Shown piece by piece: positions 51,184-64,000 of a stretch of 64,000 bases of DNA (within the stretch, counting starts at the first letter, position 1; each line of letters opens with the position of its first letter). The stretch comes from Ophelia neglecta (Eukaryota). Below the pieces are notes generated by a model. The model made no database searches and was not told the origin of the DNA. It worked only from the letters and a program-made list of their open reading frames with translations. The stretch is taken from NCBI GenBank assembly GCA_965285935.1, contig OZ260665.1:76880001-76944000 (forward strand), read 5' to 3'. Made by a program: the position numbers and the translations under genes.

Positions 51184-54100
51184 CATAGTACTGCAGCTAC
51201 TAGGATAGGCTTATCTAATTCTGAAATTCTAATTCTAAATCAGGTATCACCATATTATGTGCGGAAGTATGTTTTTCCCCACTGTAGTTTTCCAACTAAA
51301 AAAAAATTGTTCTCACATTTAAATGATACAGTGTGTCAGCAAAAACTTACCAGTCTATATTTAACCTCATCATACATTGGATTCATTACAGGTCTTATAG
51401 GACATGCTATAATAGAACTCAGCAATAAGCCACAGGGAATTTAGAAATTCAGCCTGCACTGGTTTATTTTAAAACAGTGACCACCTAGATCTTGATGCCT
51501 TAAACCACCTTAAGCAAGTAAAACAGTTGGAAAAGTGATAAAATGACGAGAGTCAGACAAGGTGTAACAAATAGTTTAACAAATGGAAAGGAGAAGCATG
51601 CAATGCCTGTTGGTTTTCTTATTCACTTAAAACAATATAGGTGCTTAGGACTATAAATATTTTAACTACATTACTAAGAACAACTCATTCCAAGAATAAT
51701 ATTAATGCATAAAGGCTCTATGTGTTTATGGAAAAGTAATACTGAACATGCTGGAAAAGGGTTTCTAACCAGTATTCAGGACTTCCTTTGAGAACAAGAG
51801 TATTTATATTGTTAAGCAGACTTCTGACAAGTGGTATTGTGTTGTTTCACAGGCAAATGTAGGCTTTTGACACAAAAGGTGTATCATATGAGCAGTGAGA
51901 GGTGATGTCCCAACCCCCTCTGGGTGGGGACACTTCTACCTCCCTCAAGGCACTCCCTTGAGCAACTTACCACAAGGGTCGACCAAATCTGCCATGCTTA
52001 CCATATATTATTAGCTTATAAATTTTTAGCTGAGTAGCCTGGAATAAGTGACATTTGACTTTCTAGTTATAAGCTTAGGTACATTTGTTAGATTTTCAAT
52101 TCAGTTTAAATAAATTTAATCTGTTGGCCATATTTCTTTACAAATATGTTAGATTACATATTGAAAATACCTATTTAGTATAATTATACTTAAATATTGT
52201 TCTGTTATTGCCTGTAAAGATGTCTTAGACTTATAATGTTGTACATTTTGACAGATATATGTTGTTTATAGATAATGTCGGTGCAGCATTGAAAAGTTTG
52301 TGGCAAAATGTCAGAAGTAGATGATGTATACTTAACTAATATGGAAGCTTTGTTTAGAAATATTGCTTTAACCTGTTCTAAATTTTATTTTAACAGATGG
52401 ATGTGTATGTTTTTACCAAAAAAATTGGAAAATGCCATAATGCCTTGATAGTATGAAAGAATAGTGTGTGTAATGCATAATATTGTCAATTATAAGTTGA
52501 GCATTCAGTGGTAATCTTTCTAAGTTAATTGCATTTATTCACTGTTCATGAATGTTTTTTTCAGTCATCAATTAAACGACTTTAAATGTAATTGTTGTTG
52601 GGTGATTTGTTTGACCTTTTCACAGGACTTGCAGCCCATTTTGGAACTTTTGGGGTGTCAACCAAAGTTCCAGCTATTCATGGCCTAATTATATTTGTTC
52701 CTACTACATTGCCAAATAATTTCTATGTCACTTGTGAGTATAAATTTCTCAAACAACAAGGTTTTTACTGGAGGGTTGTTGTGCTTCTCAGACAGAGGTT
52801 GTACAGCTAAGACCCTTGAGTTTCCTCTGGGAAGGGACACCCTTCACACACCCTGAACTTCAGGCCCTACCTTCCCCTCCCCTGTATGTCATCCTGTGGT
52901 ATATCTTTGAGTTTAATCAGTGTCAGTTTTACTAGTGTTAGGCTGTGGTACTTGTCTGTGGGAGCAATAGGTTCAAACCAATTAACTGGAGACAAAAATT
53001 TATGACCTTGCTTCTTGTGACTGATCCTTGATTATATGTGAACATAGGCATTGTACTTATATTCTTGAATTTTGCTAATTTTATTAATTCCAAGGCTTGT
53101 CCTGCTTTTTCAAAACTAATATTTCATATCTCTATAAGTCGCTGTCATGACATAATGGTGGATTTTGATATATGGCCAATAGATCCTGAAGAAAAATTTT
53201 TGCTAATGGAGAAAATCACTAGGGCCTGCTCTACAATCAGTTTTTGCAAGGCATTTCTTGTTAAGATGGTTTCCAAGATATGATTTTTTGAATTTTATAG
53301 TTTTTATATTAGATATAATGCCTCAACCTTAAAACCCTAGATGTTCAGGAGCAAATAAGTGTGCACATGCAGTGTTTTAATCAAAATAGTCCATACCCTC
53401 TATTATTATATACAGTATCTAAAACAGAAAAAAGGCAAATAAAAACTGCACATTGTCATCATCTCTACCAAAATCAAAATACCTGATATTGATACTGATT
53501 TTAGGCCTCATACCATGTCCATATCTACAACAAAACATGCCATTCAGTATTATATCAAGATAATAATCTACTCAGTTTACCTTTGGGCTTTCATACAGTC
53601 ACAACCTTTACAGGTTTTGCTGTTTTTGCTTTCTTGTATGTGCTTTTTGCCCCAATATGGTATGGGATTGGCTGTTTTTCTCTCCACAGACTGTTCATTT
53701 ATATTTATATAATTTAACATTCTGTAGTGGACTTCAAAAGGCATGAAATCCTCCTGGCTCTGCACAAAGCACTTAGTCTAACTATTTGAGGCAAACATCA
53801 AGATTGCTAGATATGTGAGATCACTATGCCATACAAATTATTTTACAATGTGACAGTATTGTCACTTTTGAATGGAATGCACCATGACTTGAACTTGAGA
53901 TAGTGCAAAAAGTGTGCCCCTTGACGAAATTTACCTCCAGCGTGCTGCATATATAATGAACATCATTATTGAAGCTTTGAATAAAAAGTCATAAACTGTG
54001 TGAATGTGTCCAGTAATGGCTGTACACTAAACAGTTGAAATTTAACTTTAATGCAAATCACATTGCTGATTAAGTTATTTGCAGCCTGCTGAAATTTAGA

Positions 54101-56329
54101 TATTAGATAGGTAGTTGAAATATTTTCCTAAGTTAGGGAAGGGATGAGGATAGTACATTGCTCATCTTGCTGTATAGGAATATGGGGCTGGGGTTTGCGG
54201 GCAGGGGTGCTGGGCTTTCCTTTGAACGCTCCCTCTATTCTCATTAAAATAAACACCGTACAAATTTCTGGCAGACACCCTTGGGTTTTAAATAAGGCTA
54301 TGACTATTGATACACTGCTCATATGGCTTTAGGAATGGTGGTACATGCATCAATAATCCTACCAGGTATTAAACAAGGACTGCAAAGTAGGAACATAAAA
54401 TAGGGTAGATTTTTAGTGGCATTGCTATAAGAATAATTCCCAATTTGAGTTCCCGGCTGGTCATCCCTTTCATGTCTTTGTCAGTCTTGGTCAGTCCCCC
54501 CCCCCCCCCCCCCCCCGTGGACTAAACAGCATATCTGTAGAAATGTACCTTATGTGGGCTGCCTTTTCCTGTTAGTACAAGTTTGTTTATTTGACTTGAG
54601 GGAAGTAAAAGACTTTCTATTTGATTTCAAATCCATCAATAGATTTTATTTTTGATAAAAATACCTAGGTAAAATTAACAGCATGGTGGGGTCAATTTCA
54701 GTTCTCCCCGGCCCCACCACACCCCAAGCCTTATATTCAAATGGAATAACTTACTGGTATCTATGAGCCATTTCAACTGTCTAAACAGATCTTTATTTGC
54801 CAATGCTTGCCCTGGTGATTTTGTTTACCATATTATAGATATAAAACTGTCATAGGCCTATTGATTACAACTGTCATTGGAGTCATCTGACCTGGTTATG
54901 CAGCTCTTTTGTCCACATTCACAATAATCTAATGGTTGTATCATGAAGTTAGATGGTAGATGTGGTGCTTACTTAGCCTAATTCAAGGCTTCGACCATGA
55001 AATAAATAAACAAATGTTGTATTTAATTTAGTAAGACTTGCCCTATTATTCAGCTTCTGATCAGCCTCCTCAATGAGAAACATAATAAAGTAAAAGAAAG
55101 ATGCTGTATGTTGCATTGTTTAATGCCCCCCTCCCCCCTTATTCTCATCATATCTTGCTACAAAAGCATTGTATTTGATATATTTAAATGGAAAAAAATA
55201 CATTTTCATAGACTTATTTCTTAAAATCTTTGGGCTTTGTATATGCTAAATAAGAAAAAATGTCTGCAACTCTTCAGGGATTTTTATGCACCATCATTGA
55301 CATGATATCACCATTGGCCGCTGTGCCATGATTGGCGTCAGAAATGTATGATGATTTTGACTCTGCATTTTATTTGATCCATTTGCCGCATATGTGTATG
55401 TGATGGACGTCTCGTATTATCCTCCAGTGATAAACTACAGAAATCTCTTTACATTTGGCATGCTATAGATTGGGAGTTTTGCAAAAGGGCCCAAACTGCA
55501 AAAATAATTGCAAACAAATATAAAAGTACACTAACTGAGATAAATTATGAAGTACCTCATACAAGTCTTAGATTATAAAGACCCTTACAAAAGGCATAAC
55601 AATGCTAACTTAAAGGCAGTGGATAATTAAGGCTGCAAAGGTTCCATATTCAAGAGCATTAAACTTAAAGGCATCTAGCACTATTAGTATAAAAGTGAGT
55701 ACATGTATAATCCATCCACAACCTATGTTTATAGTAGTACCAACAGTATTATTTTTCCTGTTTGAATTGCTACAACTACTCACTAGATGTCAGCACCAGA
55801 AGGTTGCTATGACCATACTTTTGTGGCCTTGTGCACATTTATGCCATAGCCATACAAACTACTAGCGGACTGGCACAGATATTTAAATTCTTCTCCAGTC
55901 TTAATCCAAAGCAGTTATACATTATGTGTATTTTATTGGTATCATTTCAAGTCACCAGAATCCCTTTCTAAAGGCAAGTGCTGGAAGATGGACCAAGTTA
56001 ATAGTCTTAAATCTTGCAGGTTGAATGTGGTCCCGTAGCTGGGGTGTTGATTTTGCTCACCCCGCTCCATCGACCCAACCCCAGTCATGCTAGCTTATCA
56101 CATATGGCCAGTTAACCAGCTATATTGACTTAGATCCATGAGACATGCTAGAAAATGTCACAGGGATGACCTTAGGCCCTAAGCACCTTGTATTTGTTGT
56201 TTTTTTGTTTTTGTTTTGCTTTTCCTGCAAAATGATATGAGTACAGTTAGATTGTTGTTGCACCCAACCCTCACTTTTAGAAAACTAAAATCTAGCCCAT
56301 TTTACAGAAGTTGTATTACCTGCAAAAAC

Positions 56330-58300
56330 TTTTATTGTGAAATTTTCCCCTAAACCAACAGTCATATATACTATAAAGTAAACTATAGAGTCAAATTATT
56401 GGGACTTAAATAAAAAATCATGCATATAAATATAATTAATTACAATATTAAATCATTAAATTATTTCACTTTTTAAAGATATTTGATTTGATATATTGTT
56501 TACTGGCCCACCCATACATAACCATAAGGCAAAAGAATACATACATGTTCATACATTATGAACATAGGTTATAATGACATAGATTAGCAAATGGAAAGGA
56601 GAAGCATACATTTCCTGTTGGTCTCCTTATTCACTTAACAATTTTATTATTATCATATATAGTGGTACAAGAGCTACATTTATATTAGGGTAGACAACTC
56701 CTACCTCATCTAACATTGGAGCTTTACATTGACTCATATTTATTGATAGGAGTCAACCGATATGAAAGTCCTTTATATAACAAAAGAATTATTTATAATA
56801 CTGCACCTAATTTGAACAGTTTAAGTAAATCGAGGCACACTTTGTGAGTGTGTGTGTGGCATTTGTTTCATTGAACTCACTTCCCAGGTGTTGAGTGCAC
56901 TTCATGCAACCTACTTATCAATAATTAAGTTGAGTACAGAATTCTAGTTGTGATAACAATGTTTTTTATTTTTGTTGCAGGCCTCGGTAGGCCTACACAT
57001 ATACATGTAATGGTACACAATTGAACATAAATTAAACCCTTAGAGTCTTTAACGTAACTTTAAAAATAATTGGAATAAAACATGTAATGATCACTGTACC
57101 ATGGGGAGGTCCAGAAACACCAAACTTCTTCTGAGTTTGCACTTCTCCTGGATGCTAGTTAGAAATGACCTCAAACAACCACCTATTGAATATTTGGACT
57201 TAAATCCATCAAGTAATGCACACACACTATGACCAAAGTTTGCTACAGTGTACCCTCCTTTCTCAACCTCCAAGCACCATTGGTCTAGGGTAACTTTTTC
57301 AAAAAAATACCCAATAAACTCTGCTATGTTGAGTTGACCCCTGTGGCTTGAATCAAAATGCCACATGGGCTGATTTAGACCTGAAGGGTCCTGATATTTT
57401 GGTATAACAATTGCATCAAACTATTATTATGAAATTTTCCCCCTAGACCTGAAGTCATATAATATAAAGTAAGCTAGAATCAAATGGTACGTCTTTATTA
57501 AATTAAATTAATTTAATGAAAACCATAGATTTGATAAATCAAAAATACTGAATTCTAAAATTATTTCACTTTTGAATGTATTTATAAGAATGGATTTCCT
57601 CGGTCATATTACATTAGAGCTCTACAATGACTGATAGTTATATATACAGTGAAACCTGGGAATTAAGACCACCCAAGGGACTGTAAAAATGTTGGTCTAA
57701 TTATGGAGTTGGTTTAGACAGGTTATTTTATATTTAAATGCACATTAAATGGTCTTTATATTAGTGGTATGAATTGACAAGCGGTCTGTTTATAGAGATC
57801 GTCTTAAAAGATGGTTTCACCATATATACAAAAGACCCTATAGAATGAAAGTCTGAGTTTTAGTCAGAGTTAAAGTAAGGATAACCAGTTATATCAATAC
57901 ACTCTTAGCAAATCAAGGCAAGCTTTTTGTGTATGGCATTTACTCTATTGATATGTGGGCAAACATAATGTTTAAAGTCTAATTGTACTCTGATACCTCC
58001 CTGGTGTAGAGTGGACTTCATGCAACCTAATTAGCAATATCTTCCTATAGGATGGTTGGCTGTGAATGTACTGTTTTTTCTGTTTGTTACAGGTCTAGGT
58101 CTTATAGGCAGCACATACAAATGTGCAATGTACAAATTTACTATAAAATTGAACATAAATCAAAACTTTTGAGTCTTTCAAGTAACTTTTAAAATTATAG
58201 GAACAGGACAGAGAGGGATGTAATGACTACTCTACCCTCCTTTTTAAATCTCCAAATTACCCTTGGTCCTAGTCTCTTTTCAAAAAGTAACCCAATGACA
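56330..58300. repeat. Diverged ~1.1-kb tandem segmental duplication
   Basis: Colinear blocks (GAAATTTTCCCC, AAATTATTTCACTTTT, CTTCATGCAACCTA, AATTGAACATAAAT...GAGTCTTT, TACCCTCCTTT...TTTTCAAAAA) occur in both 56330-57320 and 57424-58300. Confidence 0.75.
57647..57821. mobile_element. pogo/Tigger-like MITE inserted in the second duplicate copy
   Basis: TA|CAGTGAAACC ... GGTTTCACCA|TA; absent from the first copy. Confidence 0.6.
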
Positions 58301-59826
58301 TACAATCATGGTTTTAAACTAATACAAACTCTGAACCCTGACTGCAGTAATTTCCTTAACTGGATTGTTAATGCATAATAGCTATAGTATATGTGCTTTA
58401 CTCAAAAAGAGCTGCTGTCTCTATATGGAACTAAAACCACCAGTGAGCAAATTGAGACCACCTTAACCTGATTTGTAGCTAGAAACCATTATTTTATGGC
58501 TGAAAGAGGTGCATGGGCTAAAGCTAAAATAAAAAAACTACTTAACTTAGTCATTTGTAATCATTTTTAGTAATTGTAAAGTTATTAAGGATGCAGTTCA
58601 TGTTGTAGTGGACTGAGCTCTCTAAATCCTGTACATATCTATGGAACTAGTGAAACTGAATTAATTATTATGTTAACTAGAGATTCTGTACCTTGTTTGA
58701 ACAACCTTTCAATAAAAAAATTTAAGAAAAATACTAGGGTTCTATCGTAGAATTATTAAATTTGCCTTGTTGTTTTTAATGTGTTAACAGCTGGAAGCTA
58801 ATAACTAATAAATTATACTTCATGTAAAGTGTATTATCATTCATCATATTCAACTTTAAAAAGAGATTAATCATATTTGACCTTAAAAGAAGGTAAAACC
58901 TCATTTAAACCTACTTGGTGGTGCTGACTCATGTAGGTTGACTCTGAGCTCCTTGAGAGTCATCTCTATTATAGCTTTAGCTGTGTAATAATAATATTGA
59001 TAATAATGATAATAAAAATAATAATAATGATATTAATAATAAAAGCAATAAACTTTAATAAACTTGCAACTGAAAGGTTGAAATGTGAAACAAAATTTAA
59101 GATACTGTTTCATAAAAGATAAATATTTAAAAATAAAAAGAAATATTTGGAAATAAAGTTTATAATGACGTCAGTCATTATCAATCAATCAAAGGAGATG
59201 ACTCGCAGGAATGTTTTATATTCCCTATAAATTGTGATAATGCATCCCATGAAATGTGAACCCTATTAAACCATGCACCCATGCACCCTAGCTCTCTTCC
59301 TACTTTGAATCAATGTATGTTTGTGTATATTTAACTGCATTTTTAAATTCCCTGCCCTACACACAAGTAGGGTGGTATGGATGTAGGGTGGGAAATGTAA
59401 GATAATATGTAAGGTAACTTAATCATGTTGTAAGTCAAAATAAATTTTGGTCTTATATTTGGTCTTATCTTATCACTAGCTTCTTAATCCCAGGACCACC
59501 ATGACAATACCGCGTCAGGGTGATCACATTCCACACGAGTTGTTTAATACGAGAAAAGTTGAGTGTAACTTAAACCTACACTATTTTTACAAATGTATGT
59601 TACTGTACTGTGCATTATTTTATAAGGCGACATGAGTGATTGATGTACAGGTTCAAAGATATTGTTCAGAAAAAATGCAATGTCCTTTGGAAAGAATAAA
59701 TGCAAAGTCATCCTTTTACAATTTTTGTTCCTTGTTCCTGCAAACTTTTCCACAAAAAGTTGTCAGGCAAACAAACATATGTTTATAATGTTAGATTTTA
59801 TACTTTTTTCTTTGTTTTCTCACACC

Positions 59827-59922
59827 TGTTTGACAGATTTTATACTATTTGACAGATTGTATGCTGTTTCACAAATTTTATACTGTTTGACGGAATATAT
59901 GCTGTCTGACAGATTTTATACG
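59827..59922. repeat. ~20-bp degenerate tandem repeat (TGTTTGACAGATTTTATAC)
   Basis: About 5 copies, read directly. Confidence 0.7.
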
Positions 59923-61076
59923 GTATAAAGGATCTCAATGCCCAAAATCTAACTTTGATGTTGTTGAAAATTGTAAAATTCCCATTGGTGCTTCCATAAA
60001 GTAAATCATTGAATAACTCTTGCCTAATTTATATAAAAATGGACACATTATTAAAGGTAAGCCCGGAGACAAGCATTGACCTACAGCATTCATCCTATTG
60101 ACAAAGCAATGGTAAATAAAAAGTAATCTGCTAATAAAGTTTTTTTTTTTCAAAAACATTTACATTATTATCTTAGTAAATAATTGATGTGGGTGATCTG
60201 TAACTCTCCAATAAAAATGAAGTACTATCTCCATATCAAAGGGCCCAGTGTATCAGGGGTAATCATGAGACTGATTATACATACCATCGTTGGAGGTATT
60301 GTTGATCATGATAATACCAGTATCGAGATCGATCAGTGATAATCAGATCAGATCCCATTGATTTGATAGATTATATACTCGAGCACTTGCCTTACTTACC
60401 ACTATTTGGGTGGCCTATTTCATGTGGCCTAGATGTCAATGAGGACATATTTGCTATCAATATTTATGGTTTTATCAGTAATCTCAAGAGATTTGTATAT
60501 ACATGTCCCTTGCAATGCAGTTGAGTTCATGCAAACATATAAAAACAGATAAATTTAATTTTCAGCAGATTAATTTCATTTCATTGAAATAATGAATTGA
60601 GCAATATTTGATATTTGTTGCAGATAATACTTTTTTAAAGCATCCTTGGTATACAAAGAGAGATGAATATCTTATATTTTTATGCAAATTGTTCTATTTA
60701 GGTAAGTAAATTGGACTACAAGTATGTATCCTGGATGCTAAAAACATCCAGGGGAATGTCAAACAAAATTTGGGCTTTTTTATTTAGCATATTTTTCCTT
60801 ATATAGCATATCATCAGTCTCAATAGTTTCCCATAAATTACTTACTGATGTATAATAGTTTCCCATAAATTACTTACTGGTGTATAATTATATAAGAAAA
60901 AGTGTTCCATAGTTTGGGATCCCCCTTGGAGCATATCCTTGCTATTTGTAATGTTTCTTTACAAGAACTTTTTGCATCATATATTTGGTCAACTTAATTA
61001 CAAAATGCTGTTACTTAACTTTTTCCATACAGATTCATAAGTCTAAAAACTTAGTTGTTCATTTTTCTATGGAGCA

Positions 61077-61474
61077 TCAAATAGAGATATAGTTTGACGA
61101 AGGATCAGAACATCCCAACTTACGCAAATTAGTGTATGAGAGAGCATTTCTTACTGTATTATTCTCCCTGACTGACTCAGGTGGGTCATCTACTGTAGTT
61201 ATTACATGTCCATGATCTAATCTGCCATCTTTCCATACATCCTGATCATAAACAAGGCCATTTCGGATCCATATCTGGATTACTCCCATAAGCAGAATAC
61301 CAGTAGAAAAGATTTGGAATATCCTTCCATGTCTCTTCACCTGATTGTCATAGCTTGGGCCATTTGAAATGAAGTTGTCTCTGTATTACATGGATGTCTG
61401 GCAAATGATAGCCACCTTTATTAATAAGCTGAAGAACCAAATCTCCCCCGACATGCTCAGATACTCGTTCTCCA
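61077..61474 (-). pseudogene. Possible terminal exon of a membrane-protein gene with one internal stop
   Basis: After the acceptor TTTTAG the frame reads ENEYLSMSGEIWFFSLLIKVAIICQTSM*YRDNF...RIFQIFSTGILLMGVIQIWIRNG...SNYISI*, with a single TAA at 61388-61386 between two hydrophobic segments. No family recognised. Confidence 0.3.
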
Positions 61475-62715
61475 CTAAAACAATTTTCAAAACTTAAAGA
61501 ACAAAGATGCCACTTTTTATGACATTTTTACAGATTTTTTTATGTTAAGAGGCTAAATGTGGTCATTTTTGCACTAAATGTAGTATTTATAGGCAAACTT
61601 TACTCAAACTGAGGACCCTTATTTTATGTTCAGTATGACATCATGTACCATTAAGTGGTTCTGTACTCTTATACTACTATGGGGAAAAACAAAAACTTCT
61701 TGTGTTGGCCATGATTTGACCCCAAAAATGTTAAATTGTGTCGTTTAAAATCATTCCTGAAAAGGCTCAATATAAATGACTCAATATAAAAGGTATAGAT
61801 ACCTGATGTCTGATTGAAATAACTATTAAAACCTAATAAATCCCTAAAACTTAAAATGATTCAGTGTCAAAACAATTGTGATTTTGGAAATTGTTTCCAT
61901 ATATAATTGATTTTATGTTTAGGAGAGACTATTAAGCCTTAAATGTTCTGGTGTTGATAAACAAGGTGAAGAAAGGTCAAGATAAGGTCAGTTGTATGAT
62001 ATCGTTTGGTTTACTGGTAATCCTGGTGAAGCACAGGTACCTTTCATGGGAATCACGTGACTTATAAAACGAGACAGTCCGTCTCAGGATGATCTGACCA
62101 TGGTGAATCTGATAATATACTCGTGTGTGGTTCCATATAAGGCTGATATGGAACCTTCTTTTATCTGTTTATTGAACCACTAACCTTTAATCTTCCTTTA
62201 CTAACACTTTTTTGGCAGAAAAACATCTAATCCATCCACCTTGAAGATTTTGATAAAATAGAGTTTAATAACCGCTTACTTCTTACTTTTATCCCAATGT
62301 AAATAAAAAAAGACAGTACAATAAATAATAAATAAACTATACCCAACTTAACAAGAAATGGCCTAAATGGTGCCTATGTGTTGTTAAGCCCCAAATCTCC
62401 AAATTCATCCGAGATACTTGACGGTTGTTTATGCCTTTAGTCTGAGTAAGCTTATTAAACTGATACAGACATGTGATATTATTGCGTGCCTTATGCATGG
62501 ACAAGCAACCGAACAATAAATTCAGAATTTCATAACCCATACAGCACAGTTCCTCAGCTTAACCCCTATATGTGCAGGGTGAAAGGTTAAGGTTTGTCTT
62601 TTTTCCCTTATGGTGATCGTAGATTGAATATACCTGCATGCAATCACCATAATACAAAGAGAAACACATCATAGTGCACTGCTGCCCCTTGAATAATACA
62701 AGTTTGAAAAAATGC

Positions 62716-62940
62716 TATTGATTAAATGCGGACGTGCGGAAGCTATGCGGACGCGGAGGTCATGGGTTTTTGAGAGTGACATGAAACAAAAGCGCGTCAG
62801 CAAGGCTAGGGTTAGGGCGGAGGGTTCATTTCATGATAGGGAAAGGGTTTTATAGGGACATGTATAATAGGTCTAGTGCTCTGTTCTTATTTTGGGAATT
62901 ACCTCCGCAAGGCCACGTGCTTCCCCTTTTAATCAGAAGC
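62716..62940. mobile_element. MITE, inverted copy of the 25481-25682 element
   Basis: Same internal blocks in reverse complement; contains TAGGGTTAGGG. Confidence 0.75.
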
Positions 62941-62971
62941 CGACAAAAACGACCCATAGACTGTGTGTCGG

Positions 62972-63191
62972 TTTGTGTTAACGGCGAAAGCGAAAGCTTC
63001 GGCGAAAGGCGCATGGCCTCTTTAATTGTGCTAATATGAACACAATAATAACCCTACCCTTACCCATTTATATCAAAAACAAAATTGAGATGTCTGGGTT
63101 AGGGTTGGGTTATAAAAAAACCTGATATTTTAGATTATTATATCACCAATGCTGCTTTCGCCGAAGCTATCGCTTTCGCCGTTAACACAAA
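62972..63191. mobile_element. MITE with 37-bp TIRs and inverted telomere-like repeats
   Basis: TIR TTTGTGTTAACGGCGAAAGCGA(A/T)AGCTTCGGCGAAAG matches at 36/37 positions; interior TAACCCTACCCTTACCC ... GGGTTAGGGTTGGGTTA. Confidence 0.85.
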
Positions 63192-64000
63192 GCCCCTGTT
63201 TGTCAGATTGTTGAGCTGGATTCCTATCAATTTCATTATAAATGACATGTAATAAGATGCCTACCAAGACGCAAAGCCACACATGTCAACATTTTACATC
63301 TTACAGGTGCAATATAAATCATAAATCGGATTTAATGATGTTTGAACACGTTTTATCATCATTCCGTGAAAGGTGTCACTGTCGTTCTCTACTTGAAGGT
63401 GCACTGGAGACGGCCGAAACCTGGAACAACCAAACCAGTTAAGTGGTTCCAGCCGAAACGCACATTTTTCTCAGGTGAACCAAAAGTCAACACAGTCATA
63501 TGGAGTTTAAATTATTCATTAAATCGAAATAAATCGAAGGTTTAGTAGAACATAAACAATGGTGTCTGAGCGATAGGAAGTTATCTATAAAATTGCAATG
63601 TAGTCGTTAAGATACATATTTAATTATTCCGTCATATAATAGTAAGATCACTAATATTACTAGCTTACAACCCGAAAGGGGGTATCTACAAATTTATACA
63701 TTATGTACAAGCTTATTTACTAATAATAACCTGTGCAGGAGTTAAACGCGACATTACTCTTTTGTGGCCCTGAGCAAGTCGACTGACAAGTTTAAAACAA
63801 TATGAACGAACCCCCACTTAGATGTTGATACCCTCGTTGACTATCTACTAGTAGGCCTATCTAGTGGCTCTTCTTGTGTCCTATGCAGGCTGCAAAGCCA
63901 AGTGTTTATCCATTTTTCAAGTATACTTTTTACTTTAAATAAAGGTAGGTCTAAATCTGGATGGCCAATCTTTATTTATCTTGCCTTGCTTTGGTTCGAA

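Noticed and set aside
52925-53030. tRNA or tRNA-derived SINE (GGTTCAAACC B-box-like)
   Set aside because: No cloverleaf or convincing A-box; too degenerate to call.

Overview
AT-rich animal genomic DNA with spliceosomal introns; an invertebrate origin is inferred from the single ENL/AF9-type gene and the repeat types. Five intact multi-exon genes were reconstructed by hand. (1) C17orf75/Njmu-R1 orthologue on the minus strand (11 exons, ~423 aa) with a U12-type minor intron. (2) MEIOB, head-to-head with it (plus strand, 13 coding exons, ~519 aa), with one GC-AG intron and nested DNA transposons in a late intron. (3) An unrecognised 3-exon plus-strand gene (~388 aa) followed by a 30-bp minisatellite. 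(4) A convergent, unrecognised 2-exon minus-strand gene (~635 aa, possibly CCDC190-like). (5) An ENL/AF9 (MLLT1/MLLT3) YEATS+AHD gene with two candidate first exons and a 6x16-aa KSP repeat. The rest is intronic or intergenic sequence with many MITEs, a Helentron/HINE-type element carrying two satellite arrays, tandem duplications and a possibly disabled membrane-protein exon near 61.1-61.5 kb. No rRNA, tRNA or CRISPR features were found. Homology calls come from remembered protein sequences, not database searches. No clearly new multi-gene system is demonstrated; the best leads are the two orphan genes, the ENL/AF9 repeat and the splicing oddities.
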